Below, piece after piece: positions 1 to 8,762 of a DNA stretch of 64,000 nt. Each line of letters begins with the position of its first letter. Position 1 is the stretch's first letter. The DNA is from Candidatus Woesearchaeota archaeon (GTDB lineage: Archaea; Nanobdellota; Nanobdellia; Pacearchaeales; GW2011-AR1). The translations under genes and the position numbers were made by a program. Under the pieces are notes generated by a model, which was not told where the DNA came from, searched no databases, and saw nothing but the letters and a program-made list of their open reading frames with translations. The stretch lies in contig CAZKZO010000001.1 of assembly GCA_964557325.1 (NCBI GenBank), positions 1,159-65,158 of the forward strand, in the 5' to 3' direction.

Positions 1-202
1 GTGTTGCACAATGTGGACAACCATCTCCCCAGAAAAAATAAATAGTTAATTTTTCAGGATTGCCTTGCAAATTTATTGAATTTAAATCTGAACTTTCCTT
101 TACCGCCTCTCCAGTGGAAAAAATACTTGAAGAATAAAACACAACTACTAACAATAAAACTATTACTATTCCAGTTCCTATATAAACATGTCTTTTATTC
201 AT
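1..202 (-). pseudogene. Partial thioredoxin-like CxxC (CPHC) protein at the window edge; the signal-anchor segment and the thioredoxin motif lie in two frames across an A7/T7 homopolymer
   Basis: Minus strand frame A reads MNKRHVYIGTGIVIVLLLVVVF (TM anchor) and stops; frame B continues ...IYFFWGDGCPHCAT through position 1. The two frames meet at a 7-nt homopolymer (~117-123). Confidence 0.3.
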
Positions 203-249
203 AATAACATATTGACGCATATAGATATTTATAAATGTTTCTTTTTTGT

Positions 250-852
250 TCAATTTTCATATAAAAAGACCCCTCTAAAATCCTTAACTTTTTCATTGCC
301 ATCCATAAAAACTAATAATTCAAAACCATCTTGCCAATCTTCCCAAGAAACCAAAACAACTTTTTCTTCTAAAATTTTGTTAATGACTTCTTGTTTAGAT
401 TCATAATAAGATATATTTTTATTATTTGGAATTAATACATTAACCTCTTTTGGAGTTAAATAAGTATGAATATCTAAAGAAGGCAATTCAGAATATTCTA
501 AGAAATCTTTTTTATTGGTAACAAAAGTGTATCCTGATTTTAAGGTTGTTTCTTTGATATTTTTAGAAATTTCATTTAATTTTGCTTTTCTTCCAATTAA
601 ACCTTTATCAATTTGATTATTATTTAAAACAAATAAAACTTCTGATGCAGAACCAAATCTAACCAACTCATAATTATTGTTCTTAGCCAATTCCATAGCT
701 TCACTTTCCATAGTCGGGCAATAACCTAATTTTATTTTTTGTTTATCTTGAAGAATAATATTTCCTATCAAAGAAGATTGATTCACAAAAACAAAGGCAA
801 TTATTAAAACAAGCATCATTACAAAAAATAAATAAGTTTTTTTCTTTTCCAT
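250..852 (-). CDS. Membrane-anchored solute-binding-protein-like protein (SsuA/NMT1/PhnD-like fold suspected)
   Basis: N-terminal TM segment followed by an alpha/beta region. The family assignment is weak, from general resemblance only. It sits immediately downstream of an ArsR regulator on the same strand. Confidence 0.3.
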   Translation of the reverse strand: MEKKKTYLFFVMMLVLIIAFVFVNQSSLIGNIILQDKQKIKLGYCPTMESEAMELAKNNNYELVRFGSASEVLFVLNNNQIDKGLIGRKAKLNEISKNIKETTLKSGYTFVTNKKDFLEYSELPSLDIHTYLTPKEVNVLIPNNKNISYYESKQEVINKILEEKVVLVSWEDWQDGFELLVFMDGNEKVKDFRGVFLYEN

Positions 853-858
853 CTTAAA

Positions 859-1206
859 TTAAGAACAACAACAGGATTTTTTTGTTATTTTTGCTTTTGA
901 AAAGCCTAATGCTTTTAACACATCACAAGCTTTTTTATCAGAAATAGAATAATAAACCCTTCTACCCTGTTTTCGTGATTTGACAATGCCTGCCTTTTTT
1001 AAGATATCTAATTGAGTAGAAATAGTTGATTGCGTTCTTTTAACACAAGGAAAAATCTCGCAAACACATTTTTCTCCATCTAACAAAAACTCGATAATCT
1101 TTAATCTTGTTTCATCAGCAAGAGCCTTTAAAATCATAAGTTCCTTTTTCATAATATATTGAAATTTATCAATTTTATAAAATTTCCTAAAAAAACAACC
1201 CTTCAA
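859..1206 (-). CDS. ArsR/SmtB family metalloregulatory transcription factor
   Basis: wHTH motif LADETRLKIIEFLLDGEKCVCEI...TQSTISTQLDILKKAGIV, plus a Cys-rich C-terminus (CCCS). Confidence 0.7.
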   Translation of the reverse strand: MKGCFFRKFYKIDKFQYIMKKELMILKALADETRLKIIEFLLDGEKCVCEIFPCVKRTQSTISTQLDILKKAGIVKSRKQGRRVYYSISDKKACDVLKALGFSKAKITKKSCCCS

Positions 1207-1313
1207 TATTTCTTAATCCCACACGTTATATTTATATTTTCCCTTATTGGTTTTGTCTAATCTTTTTTGAAAAGATTAAATTTAAATATTTCTAGAAATA
1301 TTTAAAGTCGTTA

Positions 1314-1384
1314 GGGCGTATAGGCTAGTGGCAAACCGTGTCCTTGACGTGGACAATTCCCAAGTTCAATTCTTGGTACGCCCA
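1314..1384 (+). tRNA. tRNA-Val (anticodon GAC)
   Basis: Cloverleaf: acceptor GGGCGTA/TACGCCC, anticodon stem TGTCC/GGACA with loop TTGACGT, T-loop GTTCAATTC. Confidence 0.8.
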
Positions 1385-1399
1385 TTAACACAGATAAAA

Positions 1400-1696
1400 T
1401 CAAGGTTTAATTCCTGCAGAATCATTTCTTTTACTTATTTTTCCACCCTTACTCTGCCCCCATTTTTCATCAATAACTTTATAATCTAATTCTTTTTTAT
1501 CAATATCAGACATTTTACATAAAACTTCAAATAAATTCAAAGGCAATTTTCTTCTTTCAGAATAATAATTTTTTAGAGTATTATAATTTACATCTATGCC
1601 TCTATTTCTTAACTCTGATAAAGAAGGAGCCATTATTTTTTCAAGAAACAAATCAAAAAATTTTCTCTGATATCCTTTTTTAAAAGAAACTCTCAT
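1400..1696 (-). CDS. Hypothetical protein
   Basis: 98-aa ORF with no recognisable motif. Confidence 0.25.
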   Translation of the reverse strand: MRVSFKKGYQRKFFDLFLEKIMAPSLSELRNRGIDVNYNTLKNYYSERRKLPLNLFEVLCKMSDIDKKELDYKVIDEKWGQSKGGKISKRNDSAGIKP

Positions 1697-1750
1697 AAAT
1701 TAACTGCGACACCATACTATAAAAAACTTTATAAAAGTAATTATATAAGT

Positions 1751-1774
1751 TTTTACATTAAATTTTACATTAAA
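1751..1774 (+). repeat. Perfect tandem 12-mer (TTTTACATTAAA x2) abutting the L44e start codon, with a TATA-like TTATATAA at 1742-1749
   Basis: Direct reading of the sequence. Confidence 0.5.
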
Positions 1775-1775
1775 A

Positions 1776-2087
1776 ATGAAAATACCAAAAACAACAAATA
1801 GGTTTTGCCCTTATTGCAATAAAAAAACAGAACAAAAAATAAAAATAGTTGGAACAGGCGGAAAACGAGGAACTTTGACAAGAGGAAGTATTTCAAGAGC
1901 TAAAGCCCGTGGTTTAGGTAGAGGTATAGGTAACAAAGGAAAATGGGGAAGTAAACCAGCAGTTTCAAAATTCAAGCGTAAAAGTAAAACAACTAAAAAA
2001 ACAAACTTTATGTATACCTGCAAGGAATGTGGGAAATCAAAATATCAAAAAAAAGGTAAAAGAATAAGTAAACTAATACAAGAATAA
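1776..2087 (+). CDS. rpl44e: Ribosomal protein L44e (eL42)
   Basis: C4 zinc ribbon CPYCNK...CKECGK, very basic, length typical of L44e. Confidence 0.85.
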   Translation: MKIPKTTNRFCPYCNKKTEQKIKIVGTGGKRGTLTRGSISRAKARGLGRGIGNKGKWGSKPAVSKFKRKSKTTKKTNFMYTCKECGKSKYQKKGKRISKLIQE

Positions 2088-2089
2088 TT

Positions 2090-2737
2090 ATGACAAAAAC
2101 AAAAAAAAGACAGAAATTTTTCGATGTAGAAATGCCCATTATAGATAGAGAAACACAATTATATGGATATGATTTAAAAGAATTATCCGGGAAAATTATA
2201 AAATATGATTTAACAAGAATTTTAAGAGGAAAAAGTATTATGCTCAGGCTTAAAGTTGAAGTTAAAGATGATAAAGCTATTGCTCATCCAATCAGCTTTA
2301 AAATAATGCCTTTTTACATGAAAAGAATAGTAAGAAAAGGAACAAATTATATTGAAGATTCATTTTCTGCTAAAACAAAAGATGCTTTAATTAAAATAAA
2401 ACCTTTTTTAGTAACAAGAAGAAAAGTTTCAAAAGCTGTAAGAAAAACTTTAAGAGAAAAAGCAAAAGAAGAAATAAAATCTTATCTTGAAAACCAAACA
2501 ACAGAACAGATTTTTGAGGATATATTAAAAAACAAAATACAAAGACCTTTAAGTTTAAAGCTTAAGAAAATATACCCTCTTTCAATTTGTGAAATAAGAG
2601 TTTTTGAAATTGAAAAACATTTAGAAGAAAAACAAAGTAAATCTCAAACACAAGGCAAATCAAAGACTGATGAAAAACATGAGGATAAAAAAACAGAAAA
2701 ATCAAATAAAATTAAAACAGAGGAAAGCGAAAAATGA
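2090..2737 (+). CDS. rps3ae: Ribosomal protein S3Ae (eS1)
   Basis: The C-terminal KKIYPLSICEIRVFEIEK matches the conserved S3Ae KIYPLRKAEIRKIKVLE block. The basic N-terminus also fits. Stop overlaps ndk start (ATGA). Confidence 0.75.
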   Translation: MTKTKKRQKFFDVEMPIIDRETQLYGYDLKELSGKIIKYDLTRILRGKSIMLRLKVEVKDDKAIAHPISFKIMPFYMKRIVRKGTNYIEDSFSAKTKDALIKIKPFLVTRRKVSKAVRKTLREKAKEEIKSYLENQTTEQIFEDILKNKIQRPLSLKLKKIYPLSICEIRVFEIEKHLEEKQSKSQTQGKSKTDEKHEDKKTEKSNKIKTEESEK

Positions 2738-3297
2738 TAGAACAAACACTTGTTTTAATAAAACCAGATGGTGTTCAAAGAGGATTGATTGGAAATATTA
2801 TAAGCAGATTTGAAAACGTAGGCATGAAAATCGTAGCTATAAAGATGATTCAGGCTCAAAGAGATGTTTTAGAAAAACATTATTTCAAGGATGAAAAATG
2901 GCTAAAAGAAAAAGGAGAATTATTCAAAAAAAAATTAAAAATTTCAGAAGATAAAGACCCTATAAAAATTGGAAAAGGAATTGTAGAAAGCTTAATTAAA
3001 GACATGCAAATTTCTCCAATAATTGCAATTGTTCTTGAAGGTCACAATGCTACCTATACAGTAAAAAGACTTACTGGGCCAACAAATATTGATGAAGCAC
3101 TTCCAGGAACCATCAGAGGGGATTTTTCACACGATACCTTTGATTTAGCAAACAAATCAAATCGTCCAAACCTTACAATTATTCATGCAACAGACAATAA
3201 AAATAACGCTAAAAAAGAAATAGATTTTTGGTTTTCACCTGATGAGATTCATTCTTACACTAAACCAGAAGAAAGCATTCATTATAGAAAAGGATAA
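2734..3297 (+). CDS. ndk: Nucleoside diphosphate kinase
   Basis: LVLIKPDGVQRGLIGNIISRFE, catalytic His in NLTIIHATD, and an internal insertion typical of archaeal NDKs. Confidence 0.85.
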   Translation: MIEQTLVLIKPDGVQRGLIGNIISRFENVGMKIVAIKMIQAQRDVLEKHYFKDEKWLKEKGELFKKKLKISEDKDPIKIGKGIVESLIKDMQISPIIAIVLEGHNATYTVKRLTGPTNIDEALPGTIRGDFSHDTFDLANKSNRPNLTIIHATDNKNNAKKEIDFWFSPDEIHSYTKPEESIHYRKG

Positions 3298-3344
3298 TTA
3301 AAAAATAAATAATCTTTTAAACTAATTCTCTCTCTTAAATTTAA

Positions 3345-3416
3345 GCCTGTGTAGCTCAGTGGTAGAGTGGCTGCCTTGTAAGCAGTAGGTCGGGGGTTCA
3401 AATCCCTCCACAGGCT
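3345..3416 (+). tRNA. tRNA-Thr (anticodon TGT)
   Basis: Acceptor GCCTGTG/CACAGGC, D-arm TAGCTCAGTGGTAGAGT, anticodon loop CTTGTAA, T-arm GGGGGTTCAAATCCCTC. Confidence 0.8.
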
Positions 3417-3465
3417 TATTATCACAACAATTCTTAAAAATAATCTTTGTATTTTGTTTTTTAAT

Positions 3466-3783
3466 ATGAATCTCAAAGGTGCGCAAAAGATAGTAGATGA
3501 ATGGGCCCAACAATTTGAAAAACCATATTTTTCTTCTTTAGAACAACTTGCTCAATTATTAGAAGAAGCTGGAGAATTATCAAGGCTAATACAGCACAAA
3601 GAAGGTAGAAAAAAATTGAAAAAAGGTGAAATAGAAAGAAATCTCGGAGAAGAATTATCAGATGTTCTTTTACCAATAATCTGTATTGCAAACAGTCAAA
3701 AAATTGATCTTGAAGAGGCTTTTTATAAGATGGTAGAAACTAGGTTATATGGAAGAGATAATAATAGGTACAAAAAGAAATAG
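3466..3783 (+). CDS. MazG-like nucleotide pyrophosphohydrolase
   Basis: EExGELxxxI and ELSDVLLPIICIANSQKIDLEEA helices typical of small MazG/NTP-PPase proteins. Start chosen at MNLKG, downstream of the tRNA. Confidence 0.5.
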   Translation: MNLKGAQKIVDEWAQQFEKPYFSSLEQLAQLLEEAGELSRLIQHKEGRKKLKKGEIERNLGEELSDVLLPIICIANSQKIDLEEAFYKMVETRLYGRDNNRYKKK

Positions 3784-4095
3784 TCACTTTTTCTTTTTCT
3801 TTTTATGCTTGCCTGCAAATTTAAATTCAGAAAGCAAATTCGGAATTGCCCAAACAACAGCAATAAAACCAATTATAAAAATATAAACATAATACTCTGA
3901 AACATCATCTGTTAAAAAAGGTTTACCTGTAAGAGAAAAATATATTAAAGAAATTCCTGCATAAGCTAATGTTACAGCTAAAAATTTTTCTATAATTTCT
4001 GTTGGTTCTGAAATCATTCTCTTTTCAAATATCAAAACCATGAAATAGTAAAACAAAAAAATTCCTACTATCAATAAATAACTTAGATTAGTCAT
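3784..4095 (-). CDS. Small membrane protein (3 TM)
   Basis: Hydrophobic helices; the C-terminal poly-K comes from a poly-A run. Confidence 0.3.
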   Translation of the reverse strand: MTNLSYLLIVGIFLFYYFMVLIFEKRMISEPTEIIEKFLAVTLAYAGISLIYFSLTGKPFLTDDVSEYYVYIFIIGFIAVVWAIPNLLSEFKFAGKHKKKKKK

Positions 4096-4125
4096 GTTTA
4101 TTTCAAAGAAACAACACTTTTAAAT

Positions 4126-4449
4126 TTACTTCAACTTAACAGCTGTTCCATAAGCAAGCATTTCTGAAGCTCCTTGCATTATCATAGAAGTCATAAATCT
4201 TACATTTACTACTGCATCAGCCTTCATTTCTATAGCTTGATTCACCATTCTATTATAAGCTTCATCTCTTGCATCAGAAACCATTCCAGTATAAGTTTTT
4301 ATTTCCCCTCCAACAAAATTTTTCAATCCAGCACCAATATCTCTTCCAATATTTCTTGCTCTAACAGTATTTCCTCTAACAATACCTAAAACTTCCTTTA
4401 TTTTCTTTCCAGGAACTTCTTCAGTAGTTGTAATTATAATATCTTTCAT
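4126..4449 (-). CDS. YbjQ/UPF0145 family protein (putative heavy-metal-binding)
   Basis: IITTTEEVPG...VLGIVRGNTVRARNIGRDIGAGLKNFVGGE signature of the YbjQ/DUF74 family. Confidence 0.7.
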   Translation of the reverse strand: MKDIIITTTEEVPGKKIKEVLGIVRGNTVRARNIGRDIGAGLKNFVGGEIKTYTGMVSDARDEAYNRMVNQAIEMKADAVVNVRFMTSMIMQGASEMLAYGTAVKLK

Positions 4450-4658
4450 TTCCTACCTCCTTTCATTTTTTTAAGATTATTATCTTTTACTTTTTCTATC
4501 TTATCTTCATTTTTATTGAAAAATATAACTAATCCAAGAATAAAAAAAGGAAAACCATAAATCAAAACAAAATATCCTTTAAAAAAACCCATAACTATTA
4601 AACTAAATCCAATCAAAATAAAAATAGCTCCTGTTATTGTCCTACTTATAAAATTCAT
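4446..4658 (-). CDS. Small membrane protein, translationally coupled (ATGA) to the YbjQ-like gene
   Basis: Two TM helices; 4-nt overlap with the downstream gene. Confidence 0.3.
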   Translation of the reverse strand: MNFISRTITGAIFILIGFSLIVMGFFKGYFVLIYGFPFFILGLVIFFNKNEDKIEKVKDNNLKKMKGGRK

Positions 4659-4688
4659 GTTCCTAATAAATAATTTTTATTTTTAAAT

Positions 4689-5243
4689 TTACTTCTCAGC
4701 CAAATCTGCTTTATTATCTTCAATAAGTATATTAGCTATTTCTTTTGGAATGTTTGCAATTTGTCCTTTTTCAAAAGGCCCTAATTTATTTCCTTCTAAA
4801 TCTAAAAGCTCTTCAACATTTTCTCTAAAAATTAAAAGTTTATGTTTATCCTGTTTCTGTTTTTTTCCTTTTAATTGTTCATTAAGCTTCTGATCAGATT
4901 TATCAATACACTGCATCATTTCCTCAAAAAGAGTTTTCTCAAAATCAAACATGTTTTCAAAATCTCTCTTGGAAATTCCTGTTTCAGCAGCAATTAAAAC
5001 AAGATGGAGTATTTTTTTTCTCCTCCTCCTAATAAGCTCGCTAAAAAGCGTGTTTGCATTTTCAATTTGCTTCTGGGTTTTTGCAATAACATCTGAAAAA
5101 TCATCATCTTCTTTAGAAGCTAATTCTTTCTTTTCTTTCAAGTAATCTGATACTTCTAAAATAAAATTCTTAGGCAATGGCTGTAATTGGTCTGAATAAC
5201 GCTCCTTTCTTGCAGCTTCATAGATATCATTATATGTTATCAT
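4689..5243 (-). CDS. gins51: GINS complex subunit Gins51 (Gins15 family)
   Basis: Helical A-domain plus a C-terminal B-domain, LLIFRENVEELLDLEGNKLGPFEKGQIANIPKEIANILIEDNKA, matching the Gins51 B-domain consensus (VRFL.D.P.F.G.DG.KYGPF..GDVA.LP...A..LI). Confidence 0.5.
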   Translation of the reverse strand: MITYNDIYEAARKERYSDQLQPLPKNFILEVSDYLKEKKELASKEDDDFSDVIAKTQKQIENANTLFSELIRRRRKKILHLVLIAAETGISKRDFENMFDFEKTLFEEMMQCIDKSDQKLNEQLKGKKQKQDKHKLLIFRENVEELLDLEGNKLGPFEKGQIANIPKEIANILIEDNKADLAEK

Positions 5244-5422
5244 AATTTAAAGAAAACAATTTAGTTTTTAATGATTATTGTATTTAAATATAAATGCCCG
5301 CAAGCTATCCAGAAAGCATGATACTTTATCGAAAGAATTCCTATCACAGTTCAGATAGAAACCCGTCAGAAAAGGCAATAAATCTAACAATTGTAACCAA
5401 CTAACCTCATTAAATTAACACA

Positions 5423-6724
5423 TTACCTTGCAAACCCTACTTTCTTCAACAAATCCTTTCCTTGAATCCTGCCCAAACTACCTGTTTTTGCATTTTTTTC
5501 ACAAAATTTTTTAGGTTCTTGTGCTTTTTTTTCAGAAGATTTAGCTTTTCCAAACACATTTAAAATTTTCTTTGGCTTTGGAATAGATTGATTATAAAAC
5601 AATACAGGAACAGGGTCTGAAGAATGTTCTTTTAGTTTACAAGGTGTTGAATGATCAGCAGTTACAACTATTTTAATTTGTTTTGGAGGTGCAAATTTTC
5701 TCAAAAACTTAAACAATGTTTTATCAATATATTCAAGCATATGTTTTTTCTCAATAGGTTTATTATCATGTCCTGGTAAATCTGTTTCTTTTATATGTAT
5801 ATATGCATAATCATATTTTTTATGATTTTTCTTTAAAGACTTAATTGAAAAACTACAAGCTTTTTTCAATCCATGCCAAAGATTCCTATAAACATCAATT
5901 CCTTTTAATTTAGGATATTTAAATGAAAAATTCTTCATTCCACACACCTTTGAAAAACCTATTTCCAAAGGCATATAACTAACAGACATCCATTTTTTAT
6001 AGAATTTTAATTTAGGTGTTTCAATTCCAGGCCCTCTCATAAGTAAAAAATTAGCAGGCAATAAACCTTTTTTCTTCCTATATCCATTTATAGGATGTTT
6101 ATCTAAAATTTCAAAAACCTTGTCTGCAAATCCATTCAATATATTAACAGTATATTGTGTGTTATCCTCATCATCTAATTCTTTAAAATTACTTATTTTT
6201 TCAACTTCTTTTGCCTTTCCTTTAGAATAAGTTAAATCATTCCCAGTAATATTATCTGAAAATCCTCCTTTTAAAACTAAAACACCTCTATGCTGAACCG
6301 TAGACTTAAACTCAAAATCACAAGGTAATTTTATCTTATTAATTGCTTTAGCCAAAATCTCAGATTCTTCACTTGAAAGAGTTCTTCCTGCTCTTCTATC
6401 TATTATATTTCCATTTTTAAGATTATCTATTGTTGCAAAATTAACTCTTAATGCCAAATCTCCTCTAGTTAATTTTATATCTGTTCCTCTTACTTCTAAT
6501 TGACCTCTTGTACTAGAAGTTATTTTATTTCCAAAAAGAGAAACAATTGCTTCATCTGATTCAGGCACAAAACCAGGCTTTACAGAATCCATAATACCCA
6601 TTTCACCCCTTGTAGCAAGAAAATCAAGATTAGGCATTTCAGCATCTTCTAAAGGAGTTTTTCCTTTTAACTGCCGGTGAGGTAAGTCACCCATTCCATC
6701 AATAATCACAAGTATTCCTTTCAT
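5423..6724 (-). CDS. apgM: 2,3-bisphosphoglycerate-independent phosphoglycerate mutase, archaeal type
   Basis: N-terminal VIIDGMGD..., metalloenzyme-domain motifs (TADHSTP, DLPGH), length ~430 aa. Confidence 0.85.
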   Translation of the reverse strand: MKGILVIIDGMGDLPHRQLKGKTPLEDAEMPNLDFLATRGEMGIMDSVKPGFVPESDEAIVSLFGNKITSSTRGQLEVRGTDIKLTRGDLALRVNFATIDNLKNGNIIDRRAGRTLSSEESEILAKAINKIKLPCDFEFKSTVQHRGVLVLKGGFSDNITGNDLTYSKGKAKEVEKISNFKELDDEDNTQYTVNILNGFADKVFEILDKHPINGYRKKKGLLPANFLLMRGPGIETPKLKFYKKWMSVSYMPLEIGFSKVCGMKNFSFKYPKLKGIDVYRNLWHGLKKACSFSIKSLKKNHKKYDYAYIHIKETDLPGHDNKPIEKKHMLEYIDKTLFKFLRKFAPPKQIKIVVTADHSTPCKLKEHSSDPVPVLFYNQSIPKPKKILNVFGKAKSSEKKAQEPKKFCEKNAKTGSLGRIQGKDLLKKVGFAR

Positions 6725-6830
6725 TTTTAATTTCTTCTATTTAAATACATAAAAAATACGCATGAGTTCTTTATAAAAATTTATGTACATGATTAGTTAA
6801 TATTATAAATCATTTAACCCTTTTTTCAAT

Positions 6831-7943
6831 ATGTTTAAAAAATTCAAACAAAAATTAGGAAACTGGACTAAAAAAATCAGTAAAGTAGAAAAAAAGGAAA
6901 AATCTGAGAAAAAAACACAAACAACAAAACCTGTAAAAAACAAAGAAATTCCAACACCTATGAAATTTGAAGTTGGAACCCAATCTTACCAACCAGATAC
7001 AGAAAAAATAAAAGAAAAGCAAAAAGTCCTAAAGGAACAACCAAAGCCAGGTACAAAATCATTTTTAAAAAAAGTTACTTCAAAAATACAAAAGATTAAA
7101 ATAACTGAAAAAGAATTTGATATATATAGTGAAGAACTTGAAAATCTTCTTCTTGAAAACAATGTTGCACTTGAAGTAACTGAAAAAATAATTAAAGAAT
7201 TAAAAGAAAAAATAATAAGCAAGGAACTCTTGAAAAAAGAAATTGAATCTGAAATAAAAGATGCACTTAAAGAAATAATAAAAAATATCTTAATTGAACC
7301 TTTTGATATTGAAGAAAAAATAAAAGAAAAAAAAGAAGATCAAACAAAAGAACCTTTTGTAATTTTATTCTGTGGAGTAAACGGCACTGGTAAAACAACA
7401 ACAATTGCAAAAATAACCCATCATTTAAAGAAAAAAGGATTTTCTTGCTTATTAGCTGCAGGAGACACTTTCAGGGCTGCTAGCATAGAACAATTAAAAA
7501 AACACGGAGAAAGATTGAACACCAAAGTAATTGCTAATGAATATGGTTCTGACCCTGCTTCTGTTGGTTTTGATGCTATAAAACATGCAAAAAAGAATTT
7601 TATTGATGTAGTTTTAATAGATACTGCAGGAAGAATGCATACTTCAAAAAACCTTATGAGGGAAATAGAAAAAATAAACAAAGTCTGCAAACCTGATTTG
7701 AAATTATTTATAGGAGAAAGTATTGCAGGAAATGATTCTATAGAACAAATAAGAAGTTTTGACTGGGCTGTAAAAATAAATGGAATCATACTAACAAAAG
7801 CAGATGTAGATGAAAAAGGCGGAACTGCACTCTCTTTAGGATATGTCACAAAAAAACCAATCATCTTTTTAGGCACAGGACAGGAATATGATGAAATAGA
7901 AGTATTTAACAAAAACAAATTCTTAAAAGGGCTGGGTTTGTGA
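6831..7943 (+). CDS. ftsY: Signal recognition particle receptor FtsY
   Basis: NG domain motifs: GVNGTGKTTTIAKI, AAGDTFRAAS..QL, DTAGRMH, TKADVDEKGG. Confidence 0.85.
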   Translation: MFKKFKQKLGNWTKKISKVEKKEKSEKKTQTTKPVKNKEIPTPMKFEVGTQSYQPDTEKIKEKQKVLKEQPKPGTKSFLKKVTSKIQKIKITEKEFDIYSEELENLLLENNVALEVTEKIIKELKEKIISKELLKKEIESEIKDALKEIIKNILIEPFDIEEKIKEKKEDQTKEPFVILFCGVNGTGKTTTIAKITHHLKKKGFSCLLAAGDTFRAASIEQLKKHGERLNTKVIANEYGSDPASVGFDAIKHAKKNFIDVVLIDTAGRMHTSKNLMREIEKINKVCKPDLKLFIGESIAGNDSIEQIRSFDWAVKINGIILTKADVDEKGGTALSLGYVTKKPIIFLGTGQEYDEIEVFNKNKFLKGLGL

Positions 7944-8060
7944 GTCTAAAAATAACTTATTACTCTTTTTCCTTTTAATCAAATTATTTTTAACAAAATA
8001 AATTTCCTATAGCACAAAAAATCTTAATTCAAAAATATCTAGTTATTTCACATAAGCATT

Positions 8061-8678
8061 TTATCTCTTAAAAATTCTTCCAAAAATTAATCCTTTTCTT
8101 TTCTTAAGATAGATAAAAGCAATTGCTGAAGCAATTAAAGCTCCTAATGAATCTACAATTAAATCACTCATAGTATCTGCCAAACCAGATTTCTGCATAT
8201 TTAATCCAAAAAAAGAATCCATAGAAAACTCAAAAATCTCCCATAAAGCACCAATAGCAATGGCAAATGAAAAAGAAAACAATGCAATTGCCCATGGTCT
8301 TGCTTTTAACTCATGCCTATTAACCATAAAATAAAGAAAAGTAAATCCAATAAATCCAAACACTATTGCTGAAAAACTATGCAAAAGAACATCCCACCAC
8401 CAAAACTTATAATAAAACCCTTGTATGCTTCCTAAAAACAATGCTGCATAAATAAACAACACACTAATTAATTCTATTTCTATAGGAATCCTTATTTTTA
8501 ATCTTTTAATAAAAAAAGGAAGTAAAACCAAGCCTAAAGTAACCAAAGAAACAAATAAAACCAAATACTCTTGTTGAAAAACAGACAAAATAATAGCATA
8601 TATTAAGGAAGCAAGGATTATTAAGGCCAAAACCCTATAAATTTTTTTTACATGCCTTAAATAGCCCTCACTTCTCAT
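8061..8678 (-). CDS. Polytopic membrane protein, unknown function
   Basis: 5-6 TM helices; FWWWDVLLHSF motif. Confidence 0.3.
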   Translation of the reverse strand: MRSEGYLRHVKKIYRVLALIILASLIYAIILSVFQQEYLVLFVSLVTLGLVLLPFFIKRLKIRIPIEIELISVLFIYAALFLGSIQGFYYKFWWWDVLLHSFSAIVFGFIGFTFLYFMVNRHELKARPWAIALFSFSFAIAIGALWEIFEFSMDSFFGLNMQKSGLADTMSDLIVDSLGALIASAIAFIYLKKRKGLIFGRIFKR

Positions 8679-8762
8679 TTAAAAATAAAACATGTTTGAT
8701 TTAAAAAATTATTCCAAACAAGAAACCCAAAATTTATTAACCTTTTATTTCCTTTTTCTGTT

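Noticed and set aside
188-406. Plus-strand ORF 188..406
   Set aside because: Overlaps two better-supported minus-strand genes (the thioredoxin-like fragment and the solute-binding-like gene) and has low-complexity composition.
3282-3513. Minus-strand ORFs 3282..3476 and 3322..3513
   Set aside because: They overlap the tRNA-Thr gene and the MazG start, and appear to be spurious ORFs of an AT-rich sequence.
6986-7918. Minus-strand ORFs 6986..7222 and 7421..7918 inside ftsY
   Set aside because: These are antisense shadow ORFs of a confidently identified, motif-rich + strand gene. They are low-complexity, have no motifs, and show F/S/I-rich AT-codon composition.
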